64,000 bases of DNA from the NCBI GenBank assembly GCA_965218695.1, contig OZ244651.1, forward strand, positions 608,001 through 672,000, given 5' to 3'. Under the pieces are notes generated by a model, which made no database searches, was not told the DNA's origin, and saw only the letters and a list, made by a program, of their open reading frames with translations. Positions 1 through 10,621 of the stretch are shown piece by piece (within the stretch, counting starts at the first letter, position 1; each line of letters begins with the position of its first letter). This stretch comes from Nitrosopumilus sp. (GTDB lineage: Archaea; Thermoproteota; Nitrososphaeria; Nitrososphaerales; Nitrosopumilaceae). The translations under genes and the position numbers were made by a program.

Positions 1-41
1 TTGCCGCTTCCGGATATGCCCACCATGAGTACTATTTCCAC
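1..41 (-). CDS. P-loop kinase/ATPase (AAA_33/PNK-like), 5' end only, runs off the window
   Basis: Reverse strand reads ATG GAA ATA GTA CTC ATG GTG GGC ATA TCC GGA AGC GGC AA = MEIVLMVGISGSGK, a hydrophobic strand followed by a Walker A motif; not in the ORF track. Confidence 0.6.
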   Translation of the reverse strand, partial: MEIVLMVGISGSG

Positions 42-426
42 ATACATAACGAGTCTTTCAGATCGTAAATTTCTTACGCTGTTTCAACCTTCCTTGAACC
101 TATATCGGCACACAAAAGTTCGTGTGCAAATAATCGAAAAGTTTGCAGATCAGATTTCACTTCATGGGTGCATGGACTACTATCTGCGGCAACACTTGAC
201 TCCAAACTGGTTCGTGTCAACCTCATGGATGGTATGTCTATATGTCATGATTACGAATCCTTGTTGTGCTTGATTTTTGTAATGGTTTTCTTGGAAAATG
301 AGCGGATCTTTATGGCTTCAACTATGCGTCACTTGGGGCAACAACGCTTGCTGCTGTACAGACTTGACTTTTTATCCAGCATGAGTAGGAAACATGTCTA
401 ATACTGTCCCTTCGAGTCGCTATCGA

Positions 427-2250
427 TCAGAGACCCTTGGCCGAGACCTTCCCGATCATGTCGGTAAGCTCGTTCTCAAAGTCGATTGTCATGTCTTTGG
501 CCCCACTAAGCGCATGGACCGCCTCATGCAGTAGCGTTCCTGCATACGATTCAACCGAGTTCAGCACGGTGCGCTTGATGATGATTCTTCCCGTACCGGG
601 TTCCCATATGCCGCCCGCATCCGTCCCATAGCCCTCCCGCATGGTCTCAGATACCAAGACATCTCGCACGTTTTCTGGCCTGCCTCCGGCCAACCTGAAT
701 ATGCTCTCAGTCTTGTCATAGACGAAACGTTCACTTGCGCTCAGCCTGCTTGGTTCTACAAACTCAAACTCGAAGCTCTCGTTGAATTCCATTACGTACT
801 GATCCATGTTTCGTAATGGGCTGCCTGAACTGTCCATCACTCCGCGTATCTTTTGCTCTACTGCACTTGGCACCACCACAACTGATAGTCCATCCCGCCT
901 TGCATGGTCTACCAAGTTTACGTCATGTTGCAAATTATCTGATGTCACGTAGATGACGTCTTTGGACGCGCTCAGTACTGAGCACGCATGTTCCGATACG
1001 TCTTGCCACTTTATCTCATCGTGCTGTGTTCCAGCGCCGTAGTTCTGAAGATCATCAGTTATGGATCGGAGTACTTCCCCACTCTTGCTTGAGATGAGTA
1101 TGCTCTTCACTCTTCCCGTGTACGCGCCCCGTCCGACGTGCGTCCTCTCCCGGTTCAAGGATTTTTTCATTGCATCCGTCAGTGAGGTGATGTTGTATGA
1201 GAACAGGAAGTTGTCTTCTTCGGCGACCAAGACCCCGTTTATGTAAATTCGCGAGGACCTGCTCGGCTTTCTCTCCAAGACCTCACCGTACTTTGTGGCA
1301 TCCAGCCTCCTCTCATCGGAAAACCTCAGGAAGAGGCTCATTGCCTTTTCCAGATCGGGGCCGGTGCATCCGGTCAGGACCACCACTGTGCCAGGCATTC
1401 CGGGATTGGATGCCGGGCTTACTACCGCGTGAAGCGTAATGACATCGTCAAACTCATGTTTGGATGATCTGCTGATCGTTATGTCGCCGTGCCTAGATCT
1501 TATCATGATGCCGATCCCATGCCTGTCAAACGTGGCCAGTGCGTCCTTCAGCCCGACACCGAACTTTCCCACGATCTGCTTCTCGCTAGAGATCTTTTCC
1601 GTATTCTCGTTTTGGGTCAAGTGCTCGTACCTGATGCCGCGCCCAAAGTCCCTTACCGTGATTTTCCCTCCGTCCATCTGGATTTCAACATCTCTTGTGC
1701 CGGTCAGGACTTGCTCATCGATGGCATTTGCAATGATCTCTCGTATGGCGTGGTGCACCTCCCAGTCTTCAAGAACCCTTTCAATGTTAAGATCAAACCT
1801 ACGGTCGCCCCACGTTCCATCCGTAGTGGGCATCGTTCTATGCTCATCGATCCCCTCATGTGCGACGGGTGCAGGCAGCTCGTTGTGGTTATGTGGCTGT
1901 ACCACTCCTGCTTGCATCCCTGGCGATGCGTCGGACATGGACGCTGGTGTGTTGGATGAAGTGTTTGTATGTTTTTTAGAAACCGGAGGTGTTTCGGTGC
2001 CCGGTTTTTTGCTAGGCGGTTCCATGTCATATTTTTTGATATTGGTGTCCACCTCCTCATAGTGACGTCGTACATGCCGCGGATTGTAGAACGTGACGCT
2101 TGTGATGCCATGTCTGGACTCCAGTACATTCGGTAGTGGAATTGGAGATCTGTCGTGTGAATCGGGCGGTACGGTGCCGGACTCGTAGCAGTCAGATAGA
2201 CTCGGGAACGTTCCGCGGGTTCCGTCCTTTATCTTAACGCGTCTTGTCAT
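427..2250 (-). CDS. GHKL (HATPase_c) ATPase with C-terminal HExxH zincin-like motif
   Basis: AIREIIANAID (N box), VRDFGRGI (G1), GKFGVGLKDA (G2), PGTVV, and C-terminal LLHEAVH; conserved part starts near ATG 1833. Confidence 0.75.
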   Translation of the reverse strand: MTRRVKIKDGTRGTFPSLSDCYESGTVPPDSHDRSPIPLPNVLESRHGITSVTFYNPRHVRRHYEEVDTNIKKYDMEPPSKKPGTETPPVSKKHTNTSSNTPASMSDASPGMQAGVVQPHNHNELPAPVAHEGIDEHRTMPTTDGTWGDRRFDLNIERVLEDWEVHHAIREIIANAIDEQVLTGTRDVEIQMDGGKITVRDFGRGIRYEHLTQNENTEKISSEKQIVGKFGVGLKDALATFDRHGIGIMIRSRHGDITISRSSKHEFDDVITLHAVVSPASNPGMPGTVVVLTGCTGPDLEKAMSLFLRFSDERRLDATKYGEVLERKPSRSSRIYINGVLVAEEDNFLFSYNITSLTDAMKKSLNRERTHVGRGAYTGRVKSILISSKSGEVLRSITDDLQNYGAGTQHDEIKWQDVSEHACSVLSASKDVIYVTSDNLQHDVNLVDHARRDGLSVVVVPSAVEQKIRGVMDSSGSPLRNMDQYVMEFNESFEFEFVEPSRLSASERFVYDKTESIFRLAGGRPENVRDVLVSETMREGYGTDAGGIWEPGTGRIIIKRTVLNSVESYAGTLLHEAVHALSGAKDMTIDFENELTDMIGKVSAKGL

Positions 2251-2298
2251 GATATTCTAGTGGATACTGCATGTGCTAGTAAATGTTCCCAAGACGCT

Positions 2299-2742
2299 AG
2301 CGTGTTGCATAATTCAACCCAGTCACCCAAGACTTGCACTGGATTCGCCTATCCGACTCTACATTACCCTTGCTCCCATGTCTATCAGCTTGTTGTAGGC
2401 GGCCACCTTGAGATTGACCTCCTGAATCATGTTCTTCCATTTCAATGAGTACAGGTGCTCTCCAAACATTCTCTTGAAGGCAGAAAATACAATCTCCACT
2501 ATCCATCTCTTGCCATATCCGACTCGAGCCTTCCACTCCTTTTGGTTGCTTTTCTTCTCCTCATCAGGCAGCCATTTCACCCGATTGGGATCAGAGCCGC
2601 CAAACTGATCCCGGACTGCCATGCCCCACACGTCGCCTGCACCTTTTCCCTTTGGGGTGGAGCTTACCTTGAGTTTGATGAGTGGGGTCACGTTGCGGTC
2701 CCTGCATGCCTTTAGGTTGTCCCTGAAGGCGCGAAAATCCAT
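2299..2742 (-). mobile_element. IS5-family (IS903-like) transposase C-terminal fragment with right end
   Basis: EWKARVGYGKRWIVEIVFSAFKRMFGE..L motif; GCGTGTTGCATAA near 2300 resembles an IS903-group inverted repeat; N-terminus missing. Confidence 0.75.
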
Positions 2743-2744
2743 CT

Positions 2745-3115
2745 CATCTAAGAGTTATACCGCGTGCGTGCTCATGTGCCGCAAGATTCTCATGAATGTC
2801 GCAGTAGAAAAGGGGGCTTCTCAAGGAGAAGCGTTTACGGAATACATTGATTACATGATCAAGACAGGACATATCACGGTCACAATGAAGGAGTGGGTCG
2901 ACAAAATAAGAGATAACGGAAACGATGCGACACACGAAATCCCATCACCAGATTCCGAAAAAGCCAACACCACCTTGGCGTTTACGGCACTTCTCCTGAA
3001 GAACGTGTACGAAGCCGAGTGCCACATGAATTTAGCCAACCAACGTGGTTCCCCGACTTCTATCACGGATTTGATCATAAAAACATACAACCCCTCCAAA
3101 TCGGGACGGGAATAG
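2745..3115 (+). pseudogene. DUF4145 (HEPN-like) domain protein, 5'-truncated
   Basis: YTACVLMCRKIL...KIRDNGNDATHE (R-x2-GN-x2-H pattern); directly abuts the IS5 fragment. Confidence 0.65.
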
Positions 3116-3350
3116 AATGTGATACTTTTATGAACATGATGGCGGTTCTATTGCATCTTCTGGACTTGTCCATAAGACCGGCCTGGCAAGTACTGCCATA
3201 TCGAACCGTGTCGTTGTTGGTTATGCTCCTTGACACGAATGCACGGTGCCACGATCAACAGACGTGTTCTGTCATCCAGAAATAACACCCATCTTGACTG
3301 CCATCTGTGGAGAGCGGTATATTAGCCACGCATGACGCATCAAATGGCGA

Positions 3351-4676
3351 TTGAGCATTTTCACAGTGTCAAGGCAGGATGTGTATGACTACCTAAAGTG
3401 CCCCAAGATCGTAGCATTCAAAACATACATGAACCTACGCGAAAGGCCGTCCGCATCCAGACGCGCTGGTGGCCTGAGGCATGAAACCGGCGTGATAGGC
3501 GAGATAACCGCGAGGCGCATGCTGGCTGAGGATGTTCCCGAATACACTCCATCTGGGCTAGAGGGCGACAAGCCCGGCGGCCATGACATACAGGAAGATT
3601 ATGCGCAAAGGATAGCCCTGATGAAGAAGGACTTGGGGGAGCACAGAATAGCACTGGACGAAACCATAGGGGGCATATTCAAGGAAACCCTCAAGGGCTT
3701 GGAAGTGATCAAGAGGCAGATCAACGACCGGTACGGGAAGATCAACGTCATAGGGCGCGGCGAGTCCCGCAACGGATTGTTGTCAAGCACTTCTAGGCCG
3801 GACTTTGTAGCAGTGCTAGGCGATCGAAGAAAGCTTGTCATGGTTGAGATCAAGAACGCCAAGACGGCAGGCACCAAACCGGACAAGTTTCAGGCCACGT
3901 TTTACAACACTGTGGGGGCAAAGTTCGGCATAACGGTAATGGAGGAATACAGGGAGCTCTCGTCACTTAAGATCGCGCCAATGACGACGCGCCAGCGGAT
4001 CTCAGAGACCATACTGGTCTACCCGATGCGCGGAGAGTTTGAAGTGATCAAGGACAGGGTGGACATAGGCAGAAAAATGGTGCATGGCATATGGATGGCA
4101 AAGCAGCTCGGGATGAAGGGCAAGGCACCAGAGACGGACTGCGACAGCAGCTGCCCGCACCACCGACGTAAGAGGTTTCCCGAGGGAAATGCTGATGTCG
4201 CCATCCCGCTCCCACTGGTATATTCAAAGGGCAGAGCGGAACAGGATGTCGACCTTGATGCAGTGTACTGGGAGCACTTCCTCAAAAAGAAAAAAATTAC
4301 GGGTATTATGCAGAGATTCAGACAAGATTGGATCTCGGAAAAGATAAGAATTGACAGGATCAAGAATCCCGTAGCGCGCAAGGAAGAATTGGATCGTCTG
4401 AACAATGAAAGGCTGGACTTTGCCAAGACTGTTTCACGCAAGACAGGATTAGAGTTGAAATGGCTCTCAAACAGAGCACGCGTACATTATGATGCCAAAA
4501 TGGACAAAAACCTAGAAAGAGATATGGCAGACGAGATCGAAGCATGGAAAAAAATATTGGGAGCAAGACGATTCAAGCAAAGCAAGGATAGTGCAAAGGG
4601 GCAAGGAACGCGGATATACGCGCTTCCAAAAAACAGCGTGCGTTTTGTAGAAAAGTCTTGGAACGAGTGGGATTGA
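3351..4676 (+). CDS. PD-(D/E)xK nuclease-superfamily protein (RecB/Cas4-like fold)
   Basis: N-terminal DYLKCPK, RPDFV, MVEIK, FQATFY (QxxxY) and downstream CDSSCP. Confidence 0.55.
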   Translation: MSIFTVSRQDVYDYLKCPKIVAFKTYMNLRERPSASRRAGGLRHETGVIGEITARRMLAEDVPEYTPSGLEGDKPGGHDIQEDYAQRIALMKKDLGEHRIALDETIGGIFKETLKGLEVIKRQINDRYGKINVIGRGESRNGLLSSTSRPDFVAVLGDRRKLVMVEIKNAKTAGTKPDKFQATFYNTVGAKFGITVMEEYRELSSLKIAPMTTRQRISETILVYPMRGEFEVIKDRVDIGRKMVHGIWMAKQLGMKGKAPETDCDSSCPHHRRKRFPEGNADVAIPLPLVYSKGRAEQDVDLDAVYWEHFLKKKKITGIMQRFRQDWISEKIRIDRIKNPVARKEELDRLNNERLDFAKTVSRKTGLELKWLSNRARVHYDAKMDKNLERDMADEIEAWKKILGARRFKQSKDSAKGQGTRIYALPKNSVRFVEKSWNEWD

Positions 4677-4899
4677 CTTGAGGGGGATTCGGCCTGTAAT
4701 GTTACCTTTTTTAGGTTCCACACATAGGATGTTTTTGTATTCATATGTATATGAAAGCATAATTGTATCAATTATCATCATCCATGCTGGGGTTTACAGG
4801 CGTCTCTATGCATTGTAAAAAATTGATTTTTTGGGTACCGGCATGATCCCTGACATCATTCTACGAGTACAATAAAGTGTTGATCAGCATGTACGAAGA

Positions 4900-5124
4900 T
4901 TTTGTGTTTATGTCATAGATTCCACACTGAGGTAAGTTTCCGATGACATCAAAGTCTTCATTGGCGCAGTGTCGCCACTGCCGATTCAGTTTAAGCGCCA
5001 AACCAAGATCGGCGGTTTCATTCACGGATGCGTTTCGTACACGAACCATGCACGCCATGATTCGAACCTTGTAGCTCTTCTTTTTGCACGCTTTTCCAAT
5101 TTTTTTTTGTTGGGCATTACCCAC
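4900..5124 (-). pseudogene. Degenerate IS630 N-terminal HTH remnant
   Basis: KKKSYKVRIMACMVRVRNASVNETA..W..DFDVIGNLPQCG resembles the N-terminus of the neighbouring IS630 transposase. Confidence 0.4.
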
Positions 5125-5193
5125 ACCTTAAGAATAGAAGTATTAATCTATGTTTTTTGGAATTTAGATTATTTGTCCACAAACTTTAGCGCG

Positions 5194-5759
5194 TCATAGT
5201 TCCCAAACTTCTCTTGCCTTATCAATAAAATATTCGTCTCGATCGTCAATAGTTTTTTGGGTCCACTCATCTCCCTTCAAATCACTATTTATATTCAGGA
5301 GCAAATCGTTATAGCCAGGCTTTCCTCCCTCTCCATTTTTCTTTTTTTCAAACGATTTATTTTGAAGTTCTGAATTAAGTTTTTGCGGCAGCAGTCCCAT
5401 GTTGCCCAAATGGTTCCGATATTGTTTCATTTTTGTCTCACAACTTTTGGCAATTTCAGGACCCTTGAGGTTAAAAAAGTCCTTGATGGACCACTCATCC
5501 TCAGTGTAATTGTCTGGAAGCACATGTTCAAGTGTAATACAAGGTGCGGGATTAACATCCGGGTGCACGCCAAAATGCTTCTCGAATTCTAGTAAAATAT
5601 AAGTAGCAATGTTAGATTCGGGTTTTTTCACATATTTTTCAAACTTTTCTTCGAACTCAGATCTATCAATATCCATTTCTTTTAACAAATTAATAGCACC
5701 TTGAACATTACCGTCTTTAATTTTTTGAACAATCTCAAATGTTACATCAGCAATGACAC
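5194..5759 (-). pseudogene. GmrSD-type DUF1524/HNH C-terminal domain, truncated by IS630
   Basis: TLEHVLP...NHLGNMGLLPQKLNSELQNKSFEKKK signature; AT-rich; upstream part cut off at the IS630 end. Confidence 0.8.
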
Positions 5760-5761
5760 TA

Positions 5762-6860
5762 TAGTGGCGATCAAAAGTTCCTGCAAAATAATTCGGCTTT
5801 TCTGTTAAAGAATTTGATTAAATCCAGATTGAATCTCGCAGTTCGATAGTACTGGGAGACGGCACTGTGCATGTCCAAGAAGGTTTTGTAGTATTCTGAG
5901 ACAAGCAGGTTCCGTTTTCCTTGGTGCCAGCATTCTTCCACGGCGTTGAGATACGGCGAGCCTTTTGGCAGGTATATGATCCTGATGTCCTTGTTCTCGC
6001 GCAGCAGCGTCCGGACGGCTTTTGCGCGGTGCGGGGACGCCCGATCCACCATGACGGCCACCTTCCCAAAATGCCTCTGCATGGCCTTGAGATACGCAAC
6101 AAAAGTGGGCGCGTTAAATCCGCTGGCAGTCCTGAAGAACTGCCTGCCATCCATTGTAATTGAACCGTACGCGGCGATTCTTTTGTGGCTTCCCGTGTAT
6201 GGCACGGTTATTGGCACCCCCACGGGGGACCAATACTTGCGACCTGATTTTACGTCGTGTATGAAGAACGCCTCGTCCTCCATGGCTATGACAAAACCGT
6301 CTTTTTCTAGGCGTGAAATTCTCTTTTTGAGGCGATATTGCCAACTTTTTACGGCCGTTTTGGTGGCCCTGTTGATGTGGATTTTTTGCGACTCCTTGGG
6401 AGACAGGCCGTATTTTTGCATGATTTTCCTGACATTCGTCCTGTGCATCCTTGTTCCCGTTTCCTTGTGTATGACCTGTTGCAGTTCGGCAGGAGTGGTC
6501 TTGAACCGGTCTACCTTGCCCAGTATGCCGTCCATCGCTTCCGGCGAAATCTTGGGCGGTCTGCCGGATCTGGGAAGATCCCGGAGGCCTTCAAGGCCTC
6601 CCTTCTCGAAGCGTTCCAGCCAGTTGCGCACCCATCGCGGGCATCGCAGAAGGCTGACGGCTGCATCATCCATGCTCACTTTGCGAAAATGTACCATGTG
6701 TACTGCAAGCATTCTGACTACCACTCTGGATCCTTCTCTTTTTTGTATGCTGCCTCGAGTTCTTCCCGTGTTACTTTGCTCATGCCGCGTTAGGCGACCG
6801 GCTGATCTACATAGCTTTCGGTGAGGTGCTGAACTTGGAACGAACTTTCGCTTTTCACTA
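5762..6860 (-). mobile_element. IS630-family insertion sequence (transposase 5771-6783 with a frameshift near 6730)
   Basis: DEAFF, DRASPH and PYLNAVEECW DDE motifs; imperfect ends TAGTG...AAAGTTC flanked by TA (5760-61, 6861-62); ATG 6783 gives MSKVTREELEAAYKKEKDP, then the frame shifts by -1. Confidence 0.9.
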
Positions 6861-6877
6861 TAGGCATTGACGTTGCC

Positions 6878-7164
6878 GTGTATGATCTGAGATGGGGAAT
6901 AGAGACCGGCTACAAGATGCCCGGGGCGATGAGGTCCAGGACGTACAGCCAAAACATCGCTACGAGGGATTTTTGTTTTCTGCACGTGGTGGTAATATTC
7001 AATGCATGGGCGCTGGCAAACGCAATGCTTGCCACTTGCCAAACTGGGAGGAACAGACGGACGCAGCAATCACCCAGACCCATTTCAAATTCATGATAGA
7101 AAGTATGCTTCTTTTACAAAGCATCATACCGCCCGAGCCACCGCCCGATCCTGTCGCGCCGTGA
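6878..7164 (+). pseudogene. ISH3/IS4-like transposase C-terminal remnant
   Basis: YDLRWGIETGYK (Y-x2-R-W-x-I-E) and FNAWALAN; frameshifted. Confidence 0.65.
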
Positions 7165-7434
7165 CCACATCTGGGTTATCTGATACGCCTCACAAGGTTT
7201 ACATGAATTCGGAAACAAGACCAGTTAGCGCAAATGTGCTCCAAGTGAACCTACATGACAGTCCCGCATACGGTCCGGCACCAGATGAATGCCGTTTTCG
7301 TACGTAAAATCATTGGGCAGGCACAGGATGCAGAGTAAAACACGTCCGAACCCAAACCGGCTCCATGGTTGGACGGGCACATTTGCGTTAACTGAAGACA
7401 ACCCATGGCCTATAGCAAAGAGAAGGTATGCGTA

Positions 7435-7670
7435 TACCAACAATGAAAAATTCATGTCAAAATCGCTCATAAATTTTTGATGCGACAGCCATCCCTGGAA
7501 ATTACGAGGTGCGTTGAATGCCCAAACAACAAGAAAAAACGTCCCGGGCATTAGGCATTGCATGCTCTGATGCGCCGTGCATGGCGCACGCTAGGTTGCA
7601 TGGATCCGGTGCGGCTTGATGTTGTTCTAGATGGCCCTGTACATGAAATCCTTGACTACCAGATTTGGTC
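7435..7670 (-). mobile_element. Orphan right-end fragment of the IS630 family found at 22447-23701
   Basis: Colinear similarity to the reverse complement of ~23470-23701, including TACC(A/G)ACAATGAAAAATTCAT and AGATGGCCCTGTACA. Confidence 0.7.
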
Positions 7671-7819
7671 ATCATAAATTACGTTGGTTTGACTACAGAC
7701 ATTCCAGACTGCGTGCATTCTGCACGATTTGGATCGAATGCCGGGGGATGGCATCAGTCTGATCATTTAGTGTGGCGGCCATTCTGTCCCGGTATGAACC
7801 AGGCAGGCCTGCTTTTGTC

Positions 7820-9010
7820 TCAGCTGTATTCGGCGGGTGCTGCTGTCTGACTGTCTTTTCTGTATGTGAATCCGCATTCGCCTAAGCGGTTGCGGATGTC
7901 CAGCGGAATCACTGCAATCTTTTCCTTCTTAAAGACAGGCGGATCGTCGATGGGGTACCACGCACGCACGTTCTTGCGCATCCCGACGAACAAAAGGCCC
8001 CTGCACCGTAGGGAGCCGATTGTGGACAATGGCCCACCCTTGAGCAGTCGTTTTATGGTATCGTCTGTGCCAAATTTCTTTTGCAGGCCGGCATGCCCTG
8101 CAACCCATCCGTTCCTGACTACGAACAGCAGGCAGTCCCTCTCAGATTCAGAAAGGCCGCCCACCACTTTTTGCAGCCTCTCAGACCGGAGTACCGATGA
8201 GATCACCCTTGCCTTCTCCCTTTTGGTGCTGCACTGCTCCTCAATTTCCAGGTTCTTCCATACGAGATTTATCATTGCCGCCGGAAGCCTGTTGAGTTCG
8301 GCAAGGATCTTGGCGTCAGGCGAGATTGGCGGTGTCGTGACGCGCCTTTTGGGTTTCATCTTGGGTCCGCCGGACATTTTGCCGTACCCTGCGTACTCCC
8401 GGAGAAGATCGTCCATCCCAAGTATTCGGTGGGTGGAATCGGTCACTGCAGTTCCATGAAGAGAGTAGGGACCGCCATCAAAACGGTACAGCATTCCTAC
8501 AAAGGATCTTGCAACCCTGAGCCTTTCGGCCGTGGTTTGGTCGGGGTGGATGCGATAAATGGTGCCGTCGCTGCGCGATCTTGCCATGATCTCCTCGCCG
8601 TTCCACTCCGTCAGATCAAACTCGTCAAGGATTCCCCTCTTCATCATGAGGATCATGGATGTCAGTAAGTCGCCGTGCACGTAGCGTTCAACAAAGTCGT
8701 CAATAGGAGATTTTCCACTGACAGGATCTGCAGTAATGCTGAACCACAAGACGATCATCTCGTTGTTGAACCTGTCTAGATCCACGTCTGTCCTGTACGG
8801 GTACCGACTGCGGGCCGCCTCTAGGTCATCGATCCGCTCATTTAGCACATACTCCCGAAAGACATCCGGGAAATTCTCTGTCGTGACATCGCGACCCATA
8901 CAGCTGGATGGGTGTATGCACATAATATGTTTTGAGGTAATTGAGGGGTTGTCGCGAAAATAGGTTTCAGGCATCTGCCTCGTCTCCCAGTTTCGTCTGG
9001 CGTATTGCAT
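7820..9010 (-). CDS. Hypothetical protein (two-domain; C-terminal helical/wHTH-like); start uncertain
   Basis: 396-codon ORF with protein-like composition; C-terminal SLRCRGLLFVG...IPLDIR. Confidence 0.6.
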   Translation of the reverse strand: MQYARRNWETRQMPETYFRDNPSITSKHIMCIHPSSCMGRDVTTENFPDVFREYVLNERIDDLEAARSRYPYRTDVDLDRFNNEMIVLWFSITADPVSGKSPIDDFVERYVHGDLLTSMILMMKRGILDEFDLTEWNGEEIMARSRSDGTIYRIHPDQTTAERLRVARSFVGMLYRFDGGPYSLHGTAVTDSTHRILGMDDLLREYAGYGKMSGGPKMKPKRRVTTPPISPDAKILAELNRLPAAMINLVWKNLEIEEQCSTKREKARVISSVLRSERLQKVVGGLSESERDCLLFVVRNGWVAGHAGLQKKFGTDDTIKRLLKGGPLSTIGSLRCRGLLFVGMRKNVRAWYPIDDPPVFKKEKIAVIPLDIRNRLGECGFTYRKDSQTAAPAEYS

Positions 9011-9032
9011 TCATCAGGGTTTTTTTGAAGTG

Positions 9033-9240
9033 TCAGGCATAGGCTACCTTGACTTCCAGATCCGTGGCATGCTCCAGCCTGTTGAGAACCTCGAGATTCC
9101 AACCTATCGCCTTTAGCAACCAAACTTTCTCTGGTTTACGCCTTTGCGGAACCTGCAGTACAGCTGGTGGTGTTCTGTCTCCTCGGCTCCGAATATTCCC
9201 TCGATCATCCCGCGCTACTTGTAGGCGGTAACATGTCTGG
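9033..9240 (-). pseudogene. Transposase C-terminal remnant
   Basis: Reverse frame YK*RGMIEGIFGAEETEHHQLYCRFRK (YxxRxxIE motif interrupted by a stop) plus a frameshift. Confidence 0.55.
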
Positions 9241-9246
9241 TCGTCA

Positions 9247-9822
9247 TTACCGGTCGCTCCTGCCGGCGGCCTCAAGCTCTTCACGTATCATGTCTGAAAT
9301 CGTGTATGAGCCTGAAAACTGGTCCGGTTCCAGGCCGGACTCCATGCAGACAGTCACGTCTGCCTCCGCCTTGTCAATGACAGGTTTCCAGGCAGGCTCC
9401 CACGGCCCGGCCACATCAACGCGCTTGAAGAACAGGTCATGTTTTCCTATCGCGTTCAGGATCGCGTTTACGCCGACCATGTCCGGAACACCAGGTCCGG
9501 CGTGCGGCCATTGGTTGCCGCGCACCCGTATGCGGCTCTTTTCCACGGTGGCCGTGAACACGCCAATCGGCGCGTCGGTCTTTTTTAGCTCTGAGGCAAA
9601 CGACTCCCCCTCCCTGGTGACTTTCCCGGGCAGGCGCTTGTCCCACTCTTTTGCCTCGTACACGTTTAGCCGCACGACGCGCTTGTCGGTTCCGTCCGGC
9701 AGCACGCAGGCCCGCAACGAGTCAAATGCGGCATAGTACGGATCCCTGGAGGCCACCGTTTCAACCCACACCGTGTTGTCTTTCTTTGTCCCAACCACGT
9801 GGAAACTATTCATGGCCGTCAA
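9247..9822 (-). CDS. Hypothetical protein
   Basis: 191-aa ORF overlapping the upstream ORF end, operon-like. Confidence 0.6.
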   Translation of the reverse strand: MTAMNSFHVVGTKKDNTVWVETVASRDPYYAAFDSLRACVLPDGTDKRVVRLNVYEAKEWDKRLPGKVTREGESFASELKKTDAPIGVFTATVEKSRIRVRGNQWPHAGPGVPDMVGVNAILNAIGKHDLFFKRVDVAGPWEPAWKPVIDKAEADVTVCMESGLEPDQFSGSYTISDMIREELEAAGRSDR

Positions 9823-10369
9823 TCCTCGCGTCGTGTTCGTTGATCATCCTGTCAATTGTGCCGTCGGCGTCTTCGTATTCGGTTTTGCTCAAAGGCAGCA
9901 ACATGGAATTGCAGTCGACCTCGTGTCCGTCTTCTACCCTGCCGGCCAGCTCCCACACGCCGCATCCTTGGCGTCTCATCACCAGGTCGTGGCTCCCGCA
10001 CGCATCCTTGATTACGTCCGGCGTCAGCGCGCCTTCAAACTGGCCGTGATGGGTCTTGATAACATTCAGGGAGTTCCTACACGTGACGTCAAACGCCGCA
10101 TAGAACCTGTGCTTCCCGCCGTACATTTTTTCGGCAAACTCTTTTTCTTCTGCAGGATGATGTCCGTCATGATACATGTCGCCGTCCTGAAATTCAAATA
10201 CAAGCACGTTCATGTCTATGGCGTCGTCCTGGTTCAGGCCGAGCGTCTGGATAAGGTTCAGTACAGCATGGAACGGTTTGCCTGCTTCTGTCGTGCGAAC
10301 GCCCCTGACGTGTTTGCGCCGAATCGTGCCGGAATAGGCCGCGTGATAGTACGGCATCAGGCCACCCAC
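9806..10369 (-). CDS. Hypothetical protein
   Basis: 187-aa acidic ORF, GC3-biased codons. Confidence 0.6.
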   Translation of the reverse strand: MGGLMPYYHAAYSGTIRRKHVRGVRTTEAGKPFHAVLNLIQTLGLNQDDAIDMNVLVFEFQDGDMYHDGHHPAEEKEFAEKMYGGKHRFYAAFDVTCRNSLNVIKTHHGQFEGALTPDVIKDACGSHDLVMRRQGCGVWELAGRVEDGHEVDCNSMLLPLSKTEYEDADGTIDRMINEHDARIDGHE

Positions 10370-10444
10370 CCCTCTTGAATCAATTCCAATCCCACTTCAC
10401 AATACAACTGCCATTACAATAAAAGCCACAAATTTCCCTCGAAT

Positions 10445-10575
10445 ATGCACCATCAGCGTGCACCATCAATGTCGGCGCTCATGCGCAACATAGTTGTGCA
10501 GCATAGATGTTCAACATGGCGTTAACCTTGGTGTTCAACATGGTTGTTCAACACGGTTGTTCAACACGGTTGTGC
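10445..10575. repeat. Degenerate 12-13 bp tandem repeat array (GTTCAACAYGGTT)
   Basis: Units at 10533, 10546 and 10559 are near-perfect; degenerate units at 10483, 10496, 10509, 10521; TGCACCATCA twice at 13-bp spacing upstream. Confidence 0.75.
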
Positions 10576-10621
10576 TACAACTCCCGCCATGGCGCCAATA
10601 AAAAATAGAAAAAATGGGGTG

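Noticed and set aside
3351-4676. Cas4 or casposon, given PolB nearby
   Set aside because: Only three of the four Fe-S cysteines are evident, there is no Cas1, and the PolB is a cellular B1 type rather than protein-primed
5771-7069. 432-aa transposase as listed in the ORF track
   Set aside because: The first ~95 aa run through the IS end into an antisense ISH3 remnant; the real start is ATG 6783 with a frameshift
10445-10575. Possible CRISPR array
   Set aside because: Units are 12-13 bp and contiguous with no spacers; no cas operon in the window
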